Notes under the pieces: model-generated
Databases searched by the model: none
Told to the model about the DNA's origin: nothing
Seen by the model: the letters and a program-made list of their open reading frames with translations, nothing else
Translations under genes and position numbers: made by a program
Shown here: positions 12,357 to 23,810 of the stretch, in pieces
How the letters are laid out: the number at the start of each line of letters is the position of its first letter
How positions within the stretch are numbered: the first letter of the stretch is position 1
Assembly (NCBI GenBank): GCA_965285935.1
Contig: CBDIWN010000008.1
Coordinates: 372,001 to 436,000 of the forward strand
DNA: 64,000 bases
Direction of reading: 5' to 3'
Source: Ophelia neglecta
Taxonomy: Eukaryota

Positions 12357-15300
12357 TTAATTCTTGGCGCCCTCTTGCTGGTCTATATCCTCATAATCAT
12401 TATTTGTATTTAGTTGTTCGATCATTGGATTTCCATCCTCAGTCAGATTAGCTGTAAAACGTAATAAAACATTCCTAAATCCACACTTCATACTTTCATG
12501 AATCAAAGACATGTACACAAAACAATTTTCAAATCAAAATCTAATGACAATGCCCATATTGCAATATTAAGAACCGCCTGTATATGCTTATACTTTATGG
12601 ATATCTGCAACACATGTTCAGCCCATATTACAAATCACCTTTAATACGACAGGAAAAAGTTGTTTGCCGCTATAATTATGAATTATAATTATTAGTGGTA
12701 ACAGGCCATTTCACCTACACATGTAATTCTCACATTGTAACACTATTATATTACGCTATGGTATTAACAAAGTGTGGTATTTCCCAAATGTCGCTTTCAT
12801 TATGAGTTCACAGTGCGTGTAAAATATGTGTTTATTGGTCAAACAACGATGCGCAGTAAATAGGAGAAGAAAAAAAAACTATTATAAAACCAAAGCTTTT
12901 TTTCTGACTCTCACCATAGGGGGAAGGTTGCGGGGATATTTTCTCATATATGTTACAGTCGGATAATTCAATTTCTTGTGTGCCGTGAACCTGGTTGTCA
13001 TTTTGTTGTGAACATTCGTTTGTTAATTGGGTCACCTTTCGTACCCTGCAAAAATGAAAACAACATACTTCCATATTCATTAACATTTAATGTCATCCAA
13101 CACAGTCAATACTACATGCTTATGTGAATATATCTACCAGATTGGGCCTAGAGAAAGTACGTAAACTATTTTCTTTAAACATTTCGAATGGTGGTTTTTA
13201 TTGAAAATAACAAGAAAGCATCTATTTTAGACATCACTTACTTGACAATTAGACAACCACTGATGGTGGCAACAGTGGCAATTACTGCAACAACCGCTAT
13301 AACAATTCCTGCCAATGCGCCCGATGATAGGGATGCATTTTGCCCTTGTCAAATAAATATGCTAAATTGGAATATATGGTAGCTGATATCATACAAGCGC
13401 GGGACTATTCTGCTCTAGTAAACCCTACGTTGTACGCTACAAAGGGGTCTTTGTCATTTGTCTATGGCTACATTTAAAATAATGATTGTGTCTATTAAGT
13501 AACTACACTTTAGACATCACTATCTAGACACAATTTAATGTATAGTCTTTATTGTCAATAAGGGAATTGCCGACGTTTCTTCGACATTTGCAACAAACAT
13601 TATTAGTTTAACATTAAATTCAATAACCTTGATTTTGCGCAGCCAAAGTAGTGGCAAAGACTGTCGCAGGGTTGCGGGAGTCTTCTTTTGTTCCATTCAA
13701 TTGTCGATAAATGTTTAATACAATCCGATATGTGGAATTGGCCAATAGACCTGTTAAAGTTTGACTATATTTCATGGAAGTATTATCTTCTCTGACTGCC
13801 ATTCTAAACGCTTTATCATTTTTCCCATTTCCGTCCGAGGCAGTGATTTTATACCCAAATATAGCCGCTGTATTTAATGGAATAGCTTTCACGTGTGTCC
13901 ATTCAATGGTTATCCGGTCAGTTTGAACATTGGTAATGCTGACCTTGTTTATGTCCTGATACTCAACATAGGCTGTTCAAATAAAAAAGCAATAAGATAA
14001 TATTGCTTACATTAATACATAAGCATAATTGTAATTACTTTTTATATAGATGAAATATTAATCAAAATTATGTCTCAGTGAAATATAACTGATTTTACTT
14101 ACCTATAGATTGATTACAATGATCTCCAGCATACCATGTATCGTACGGTGGTAGTTGACAACCGTGACTGCATGTTCCACTGTATTGGTGACAAGCCGTT
14201 ACGTTATCTACAGCCTCACAATTACTACTACATGGTTGATGGCAGGTTTTGCCATAATAACCACTGTGACAGACGCACCCTCCGCTATATCTATCACACC
14301 CAGGATTACTATGCTCACCAAGACACTGATTAATACATATTTTATTGCATAATTCGCCGTAAGAACCGTCTTTACACCCATAATTACAAATTCCACTCCA
14401 CTGGTTGCAAGATCCAGAGACTAATTGGTTGAGCGGCTTACAGCCCGAACTGCACCTTGTTTCACAAAATGCTCCCCACCTGGCCCCCAGACAGCCCTTA
14501 GAGCATATTCCATTGTTCCTTGCACAAACAGATGTCCCATTAACACCATTACAGTATTCACTGCAGGTTTCGTTACATGTGTTTGAGTAGTAACCGTTTC
14601 GACAACTATTCGTGCAATCGCCTGTTTCTCTCTGACAAACTTTGGTACCATTGACATGATGACAACCATTGCTACATTTGTTATGACACTGGTATCCAAA
14701 GAAAGGGTCCTGACAGCCACTCGTGCAACGCCCATCAGTGACAGAACATGATCGAGAATTGGACTCCTGATCAATAAGGCAATTGGCAGTACATTGGTTG
14801 TTACAGTTTAAACCAAAATGGTTTTTGTCACATTCTGTAACGTAGATTATAGTCAGTAAGTGAAAGTTTGTAATGGTTTACCGGGAAACTGGATGTTATT
14901 GCTAAGACATTGTGTATTATATAATCTCCAGTGAAAAGTAACATGATTTGTTTAGTCTTAGACACTAATGTGCCTACCTTGGCAGTCCGGGTACTTTGGG
15001 TAGTTCTTGGGGCATTTATTACAGCCAATAACGGGATCGCACGACTGACATCGGGTTGTATCACAAACTAGAATGACAGGTGGATAGTTAGCAAAAATAA
15101 AAAGTGATGTATTGGACCTTATCTTTAAACAAAACTTTCATATATCCCAATTCATCGCATTGACTCTAATTTTTTTCCTGTGCAAGCCTAAGGTCGAAGT
15201 AATTCCAGTGGGTGACATCAAGTTCAGGCGTGAGTTTGCATTTGTTTATCACCATCTATTATCTGACTATTTATATATTAAGTTAGGGCATTACTTTTAA

Positions 15301-18300
15301 TGGTGCCCACAATGTGTTGGTCCGTTTGTAAATGTTTCCCTTATGCAGCCACTATCTATTCAAAATGGCCACAATTCAAATCTGGGCCATGCATTCAAAG
15401 ATGAAAATGAGTGCGGGTTTTAACATACCAATAGGTTTATATCCGTGAACTATCACCTCACACAGGGCAAGGTACTGGACTTGATGCCCGCCTGCATTTC
15501 TGATAATGGTGACGTATCTGCCGCTGAGGGGTGAGTCACAATATATTGTGTCGTTTCCTGCTCTAGGAACGACTCCTGTATAATTCTTACAGAGACTTGT
15601 TAAATCACCGTCTGTCTCGGATCCAACTCCAAGGCGAAAATTAGCTGTAAGATCTGTAAAAAGGTATTCCTGGATACAAATACATAGTCCTCAGATCGAC
15701 ACTTACAGTAAACTTGAATCATGTATTGTACAGACGAATATGGGTGTGACTAATAACTAATTTATAAATCAACAAATGGTGTTTGCTTAAGGGCTATGTG
15801 TACATTATCCCAAGGTTGGGTTGACATGTTTTTAAGTAGCTCACCAGACTATTTTGTTGGCGAAGTTTACACTTATAGAATGAATTCTAATAAAATAGTG
15901 GAAGATTTAATACCAAAAACAGTGTGTTGTGGGAAATACCTCTTTACCTTTTCACCACGTATTCACATTGTATGTTAAGCTTGTTTTACCAGTACCGTAG
16001 CTAACAATCAAGGACACAAAATATTTTGTTTTGCGATGGTTGCTTCGCAAATGATTTTGTATTAAAGTTGTATCCTGTTTTAGAGGGAATTATTCACAGG
16101 CCTAGTTTACATTTGCCTTCGACCCCTGTATTAAATGGGAACTCAAACTCATGGGACATCAATTAGTTTTAATGCTAAAATATATTAGATGTGTAAGTAG
16201 CAATACTAGTACTGGTGGTCTATCCAAAGCCATGAGTACAGCATGGGAGGGACGAAAACAATTATTAGTAATGATGCGATTAATGCTAACATCGTGCACC
16301 TAAGATTATTATTCTATTTCTGTCTCTAGATATGGTCATCGTTTTTCTTCTTTTCTTACTATGATATGGAGAATCCTCTCTGTTTAAGATGGTGACACTA
16401 ACAACTGTGTAGATATCCTCTAGATCGACGTACCACCAGGCTCTCTTCCCATGCCCAGCGTCAGGATGTGCGCAATAAATTACCCATGTAACGATTCTAC
16501 CATCGACGGCCAGGTCAGCGGCTAAATTGTCAACTTGTCCACTTTGATATGCCGGCCTTCCCTTCGCTATATTACCTGTTTATACAAAATACTGATAAAA
16601 CAGACTGGTCTCTTATGCTGTATTTAATCATAGAATAAACTATTAAGTGAACCACAAGGGCGAAAAGAACGGAAAATACACTTTACCAGCAAATGGATAA
16701 AACGGATAATACAAAACAAGAAATTTAAAAGCATCATATTGTATGCGATGCATACTATATAAGCATTTCTCTGGTAAGGCATAAATATTTATTTGTATTA
16801 CACTCCAGGTCTGACGCGGGAAGAGGTTGAGGCATTATTGGTTCGGGTAGGGATCGGAAAAAATGCATGCAAACGTTGTTTGACACATGTAGACCCGCCC
16901 CCTTCCTGCATTATAGGTTTTTACAGACATATATGCCATACTTTAGTAATATCACAGTCTTATTCATTGCCATAACAATCATATTTTTGCTATGTATACA
17001 GAGCCACTAGAACACATGCCATCAATGTGCTTAATCAGGGGCCACATTCTTTAAAAATTAGTCCCATGCTTCTTGCTGATTTACACCAAATGACTTCAGT
17101 TTCTCCAATGGCAATGGCAGCATTATCTATTAACTGGTCGTAATATTTTGGCCGAAGTTTGTAGCTATCCATTCCCTTTAATCTTTAATACATAATTGTA
17201 GCTTTGTAGTCCATGGTGTTTCCCTGTCAGATGAACCACCATCAAAGCGAGGAATATAATTGTGTATCATCTGCATATCGACGAAAGTGGATACGTTGAG
17301 GAAAACTTACAATATCCCCCAAAGGGAGTGTGCATATAAGAAACAAAATATGTCCTAGAATACGTCCCTGTTGAAAACCTCACATTTAAAAAAAGTAGGA
17401 TAAGACAGGTCGCTACAAATCTTAACGTTCTCGGTAAGACCACCCAAGTATGATTTAAACCAATTGAGGGCTTCTCTTCCTAAATACATACTTTCAGCTG
17501 TTTACGATCCAGCAGAGTTGAATGATTAATGTTTCAAAGCCGCTGGCAGATCGAGATATATAAAAAGACATGAACAAATTAATGAATATTATTCTGCACT
17601 ATGTTATTGTTTATAGGTTGTCTGGAACGTCTCTCCGAGCTCATTTACAACCAAATGTTCAGACAGCCTCAGGGCAACAGTCTGTTCAGAACAAAAATGA
17701 TATATTTGAATCACAAATGTTGTTGGCCATTATATTTTTGCTCACGCCAGCTTTCTTAATTGTTTTTTTTAACAGCATTCTTCAACATATATGGAAAAGT
17801 ACAACTCTTAAATGGCAAATTTACAATATTTGCATATACTGGTGCTAGTGATTCCAAACATTCCTTTGTCTCCAACATTGGCAGAAGATCCAATTCACAG
17901 CTCTTGTAGACATTTAACGCCTAGCAAAGTTATCCATTCTCCTAAAGTTTCTAGTTATTGTTCTTAGAGTTTGGGCTCTCTTAGGGTTTGATTGAATAAA
18001 TAGGTGTCGTAAGTGCATTCATAAATTCATATATCCCCCTGGCATAGTATTTATTCTTTTCAACGTTGTCAGGGTAGTTCTGATATTTCCTAATATATTA
18101 ATTATATACTGCACATAGTTATTGATTATATTTTGAATGTTCAAGAAAAATGTAAATCATATTATTAAAATTAGAATTACGGAGTGTTTATATCTTATCT
18201 TACACAAAAAAGAACTTGAAAGTTAGCTAGTATTAGCGATAGTGTGCATCAGGTGTCTGCTTGTTAAACGGTTTCGGGAAATGACGTTATGGTTAAATGA

Positions 18301-20712
18301 AAGTTGTTAAGTACACAGTATAACACTTTCAAAGATACTCTATTTTTACCGTTTTAATATAAATATAAACAGAAATTTTACCGAGTTTACACCCAGGCCC
18401 TTCTCTCCGTATGATGGCAGGGTCATCCCATTCACATTCACCTCCGTCGATACAATCTCCTGTCGTCTGATCACAACCGTTGGTACAGTGACAGGGAAAT
18501 ACACAGCCAGTAGTATTCCCAAACCTACACAGACCTGAGGGAAAAATGTCAAGGGAAACATTTAAATGGTAGGACTTGATGTTCGACAAAAACATGAAAC
18601 AAATAAGTATTCCTGAACATTTTCTTAGGGCACCACGGCTTTCTTTGAATCGTAAAAGTTTGCTCCAAAAAGTCGGGCCAAAAAGAAAAACTAATTTACA
18701 ACGAGGAGTGTGGTGGGCCAAACATATCAAACGTAATCTGCGACACATGAACCTACTTATGTAGAAGAATACATCGACGAATTATAAAATTTCATATTAG
18801 TAGTATATTTTGACACAACAGCGTTGTAGCGCTACTAACGTTGTGTGCGTTTGACGAGCGTCCTGTTGTTAGCTGAACGTATCCGAGGGCACTAACTAAT
18901 TCCGTTGAAAGTCAGATATTTCATTTTTTATCAACTATCTTTACCCTGAAGCACGCTGTCAGCAAATTGTTCTTCCCAAGTATTACATGAATCAGTTCAA
19001 ATAAAACAGTTCAAATCAATGACATACATAAAATAATTATATATGATGCAATAGATGCAATTAAATTCTACAACCCTGAGCTATTTTATTTTTCCTTCGT
19101 CCTCCAAACCTCATATCAGCCTCCGCAGCGGAATTTCGTTCCATTTTCGGATAAATCTGTTAATAGCATTTACTCAGTATAAACTATTAATTTGTCTTGT
19201 TTCGTTTCCAAGCATCAAAAGCGCCATACTAGCTTTAGTACTTGTAATAGTAATTGTATTTGTGATCCTTTTTGTGCCTCGGTCAATGCGGCAAACGGTA
19301 TCATTTTTAAAAATACCAAATGAAGCATTGACAAACCATCAATGCGGCAAACAGTATTATTTTGCGGTCAGAACTATGTGCATTTGGTATTATTGTGGGT
19401 CAAACTCGCAGCACAAAAATACCAAATGAAGCACTGACAAACCACCATACAATCCCCTGATTTCCTTTACCTTACTATACCCATAAGAAATATCCAAGCT
19501 ACACAGACAAAAATAATAATTCATCGGTAGCCTACAAAATGAAATATGAATTCAGAAGATTGTCAAACACGATGTTAAACCCACAGAAGGGGACAAAACG
19601 GGATCCGAAATATAAAAGAATCCTCTGAGCCGAAAGGTTCTTATAGCAGTCTTTTGCCTACTTCAAATACAAAGCGGGGTTCCTTAAACATCCAGTACAA
19701 ACATATAATGAGATTTATATCCTGTGTATTCAAGGCACTGTGTGTATAGCCGACAGTAATGCAAATAATCTGAGGCGAACTAATGCTCTTTGTTAAGAGT
19801 CCGGTGGGGGATCTAGAGATTGCCAGGTTCTTTAGCGGGTCTAGTTGCAGTCAAACCCCTTGACGTTGTCAGAGCCCCCTGGAGCAATCTGGCGGATCGA
19901 TAAGTAGTTATACTGTCGGATCTAGAGGTTGTCAGACACCCTTTATAGATTTAGAGGTTGTCAGAGCAACCTTATCACATTTTGTACAAAAGAGTTCATT
20001 CAAGCTGTTAGATATCCTTAATTTATCACGGAGAAATTCCGTTATTCCCGATAGCGTTCTAAGTTTGTTTTCAATAAAAACGCTTCTTTGAAATCTCGCT
20101 TGCGGGAAGTGACAATTATTCCACCCTTTTCCGAAGGCCGCTCCCCACATCCACAACCTGGCGCCGTTTTCTATTTGCGGGACGCAACCGGCCCTGGATA
20201 CAACACAAAACTTTACATACGAGATTGATATTAATGTGTGCTTTAAGATCCCAGGTGTAGTGATTTGATGATTTAAAATCATGTTCATTGGAAACGGATA
20301 CCTTCCCTTCCAATGTGTTTAATGTCAGTGGTGGGGTAGTGAAAGAAGAAGGCCTAGAAACTAATGTTGGGCAAGCAATATGTCAAGATCTGTCTTTTCT
20401 GACGCGAACAGGTCGTCTTTGGCTAGTGTCAGGATTTTGGTTGTAACTTGTGAACATGTATAGTTGACACCACGACGGCAACTGATTTTAATATCATATG
20501 TGTGCTTCAGATGTTTTCTGACTCTATTTCCATACTAATCACTGTTGATCTTTACGGGTTAACAATAAGTTAAAACAACTTTGAATACTTAATAATACCG
20601 CTGCCAACAATAAGGAGATCGAGTAATAATAATACTAACCTGTCTGAGCGGTAACTCTTGTAAGGAAAACACTGGAACTGACCAGCAAACAAATGTAAAT
20701 GATACGAGACAT
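12357..20712 (-). CDS. Gene B: phosphatase-less single-pass F-type lectin/EGF/FN3 receptor (MEGF10/Draper-like architecture) with a tyrosine-motif tail, about 720 aa
   Basis: Exons 20712-20640 (signal peptide MSRIIYICLLVSSSVFLTRVTAQT), 18534-18382, 16575-16360, 15653-15429, 15067-14978, 14834-14103 (open, 6 EGF-like repeats), 13972-13628 (FN3-like), 13344-13242 (TM GALAGIVIAVVAVIATVATISGCLIV), 13045-12915, 12451-12357 (TAA). Exons 1-7 have the same lengths as gene A (73,153,216,225,90,732,345). Phases join with no internal stop. Confidence 0.85.
16990..17960 (-). mobile_element. Decayed L2/CR1-type LINE reverse transcriptase fragment in gene B intron 2
   Basis: Fragmented minus-strand peptides CELDLLP..KECLESLAPVYANIVNL..FP, LDLPAAFET, QGRILGHILFL, and RYADDTQLY (YADD at about 17266-17277). 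Confidence 0.8.
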
Positions 20713-21064
20713 TATCGAATTGCACGTTCACACACCTGCGTGAGTGTGTTTATTGTGAACACTATGCCAGATAGAAGTGACTTACAGGTATGCCTACATT
20801 CAATACTGACATTTGTAATGATATTAATTTCCTGCTTTCCGAGCGGTCGCCTGAAAGTAAATACACCAGTCTAAACCTTGTTAAACAAACAATCTTTATG
20901 GCTGAAGGATTACGTGTTTGCAGCCATGTAATATATTTTGAGACATGTAATATATTGAAGTGGAAGTCCCGTGGTTTGTATTTCGAACGCTTTATTACAA
21001 TATTAATTGAATCGGATGGTATTTACACATGACGGGGATGATACTCATATTCATAAGATTAATA

Positions 21065-21242
21065 CAGTGAAACCTGCCCTAAAAAACACCTCTATAATCA
21101 GACCAACTGCCAATTCAGACCACTTATATGAGGCCTGCTATGTATAATTTCAATTCTAAATAACCTGTCTAAACAGACCACCTTCAAAATGAGACCAGCA
21201 TGTTCCAGTCCCTTCGGTGGTCTTTATTCACAGGTTTCACTG
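21065..21242. mobile_element. MITE of Tc1/mariner-pogo type
   Basis: TIR CAGTGAAACCTG...CAGGTTTCACTG flanked by TA on both sides. The paralogous empty site (GAATATAAGGAAATA) lies at about 7281 upstream of gene A. Confidence 0.9.
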
Positions 21243-21434
21243 TATAAGGAAATAGTCTGTTAGTAATGAAAACAAACATCATGTAAAATTAAAATGCAAA
21301 TAAGGAGACTAAAAGACGTTCTCCATGCGGTTAACTTAAAGGAATGCAAATCAGGGATATACACTGGGACATGAACTATATTATAGTATCTTACCCAGTG
21401 AGGGACGGGATGATAAAGATGATACAGACATATA

Positions 21435-21610
21435 CAGTTGTCCCTGCGATGTAGGGACCCTCTGATGAAGGGACTCCCCCGACCACAGGAAATTTTCAAT
21501 GCCCATGTCCTATTTTTCCTATGTTAATGTCCCACTGACGAAGGGACACCTGCTATGTAGGGACACATTTGCTTGGGTGTAGAGGTGTGCCTACGTCGCA
21601 GGGACCACTG
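21435..21610. mobile_element. Second TA-flanked MITE
   Basis: Imperfect 21-bp TIR CAGTTGTCCCTGCGATGTAGG / CCTACGTCGCAGGGACCACTG, TA flanks, internal AGGGAC repeats. Empty site at about 7461-7476. Confidence 0.85.
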
Positions 21611-23469
21611 TATATGAAACAAGAACCGCCAGTGCAGGGTCACACACAAGCCCAGATAGCACAGTCACGTTTGGTAATATCGCAATCGACTTTACCACAT
21701 TGGCCCAATGTCGGTTGCGCGGCACTGCAGCGATACGCTCTATTAACTTAGTTGGTCCAATACAGTATGTACTAAATTGGGACGATGCTTTAATTTCAAC
21801 ACTGGGCCAATGTAATAACATAGCATTTCTGCGATACGGTCTATATACTTTGTTGGCCCAATGCAGTTTCCAACAATTGGGCCCATGTTGTTCTTTCAAC
21901 ATTTGTCCGACTTTTGGAGTCAGATATAGGCAGATATTTTGGTCATTATGAAATTATCATCTGATTATGTACCAAATAGAGTTCCTTCCTTCAACGACTA
22001 GGCCTATATATGGTCAGCTGGTCGGTCACGTTTAGTGCAAATTTCGCATCCTTAACACATTGACGGCCTGGACAAAGCATTCAGGCTTGTTTGGCGCAAC
22101 TCTAGCGCAAGGGACGATGGGAACGAGAGTAGCTTGCTGCGCGAATACTACGCCCATGCGCAGTCATTGTAGCCGTTACTACTTGAAATGTCTTTGTGCC
22201 CAATGCTTACACGCGCTTACGAAATCATGGAATGATGAAATGACGATACGATGCTTTGAAATTTGTGCGAAGCGGTTTAATCTGTAACAAATAAAATGTG
22301 GTTTACAATGTGTTCCTTAAACAAATTAATCACTTGTATCTTGACGGCGACATGACAAAGAACTAATTTACCGAAGTTAAGTATTAATTACTCACAACAT
22401 TGGGTTCTATGACAAGTTGACTGTTGACTTTTTTGACTGTAATGGCTTCCGCAGCTGCCATGCTCGTTTATTGCAACGTGGCTCTTATATCCTTCCGGTG
22501 CAGGCCAGCGTCCGAAATACGGACATGACAAATGACTGACGTCAAACAAGGGTCCCGTGAATGCCTAAATTGGCATACACGGCGACGATGGCTACTACTA
22601 TGACACAAATAATGGCCCACCAGAACGGAGCTATACAACGGAATACAACTATACAACTATACAATCGTCAGTTACAGTCATACTTCCTTCTCGTCAGACG
22701 TTCTGAAACTGTACGGCGGATTTTTACTGTGCACGGAAGACAAATTATATGTAAGTTAACTGGTTGTATCAGTTTTGTTTCATAGCTAAAAACAGGATTA
22801 AAGTCTCGGTTATTTCTTCAGGTTGCTCAAACGCACGAATATTCGGTAGTGCCTACATATTTTGGTTATCTTGTCTCTAGTCTTGTCCCAACTGAGCGAT
22901 AATGCCGGTAACATGTTCACATATGCTTAAAGCACAAACACTTGTTAATTATAGACAAAGGTTATTGTACTAGAACTTGTTTTAGCCATGTTTTCAGTTA
23001 TGATAACAGAGCAATATCTAGTGTTGAGAGTCGGTACTCGCAAACAGAAAGAAACAGATGCTGGGTGTGGTATTGTTAGTGGAACATTTACACTTGTATC
23101 TCTATGTTTCACTTTTTGAGATAAATACTGACCACAAGCCACTGTAAAACATTTTCAGTCGCTAGAAGCCAATGTCAGCAAGAGCAGAGCGATGGAGGTT
23201 AAGACGCATGCCTTATGAATACAAACTGATTTTTAAACCAGGAAGAGGTGATTCAAATTCTGCTGGGTTTTGAGCAGACACCCAGATGTGATGAAGCAGA
23301 ATAATAACTCGGATACATTTGTAAAAAAAATGCTGTTCCGAAGGCAATGTCATTATCCAGGATCCAGTCGAAAACTGTTCAGGATAGTTGTATGATGAAG
23401 TTGGTAACGTAAATAGAGGCAAGACGGTGAAGTGATGACGATGAAGCGTCTTCAGGTAAGTTTGTAAGA

Positions 23470-23810
23470 GGTGAGCTGGTTATATACAGACGAGTAGCTT
23501 TGAGAGGAAATCGTCTGTTTATGCAAAGTCACTCCAACAGGACGTCGTAGGTATTGATCGTACCTTAAGGAAAACGTTTGGTTCCGTGGAATAGGTAGCC
23601 ATGTAGGGACATTTGTGAAACAATGCATTCGATGGCTGGTGGCAATTCATGTCAGACCGCCGTATGAGCTAATAAAACCCATCCCTTTACCAGAAACCCA
23701 TGGAAGGGGGTGTCTGTGGATTTTAAGGACTGTTGTCTTCAGGGGAATATTTGATTGTTTTGATGGATGACTTTAACAGGTTTCCGGAGGTGGGGGTTAT
23801 AACCAATACC
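23470..23810 (+). mobile_element. Ty3/Gypsy LTR-retrotransposon integrase relic
   Basis: Frameshifted peptides ALRGNRL, KENVWFRGIGSHVGTFVKQC, PIPLPE/PWKGVSVDF and SGEYLIVLMDDFNRFPEV match the integrase Zn-binding region and start of the rve core. Confidence 0.8.

Noticed and set aside
12357-20712. Gene B as a truncated pseudogene, or as upstream exons of gene A
   Set aside because: B has its own open TM and tail exons and stop codon, and A has its own ATG, signal exon and 5' flank.
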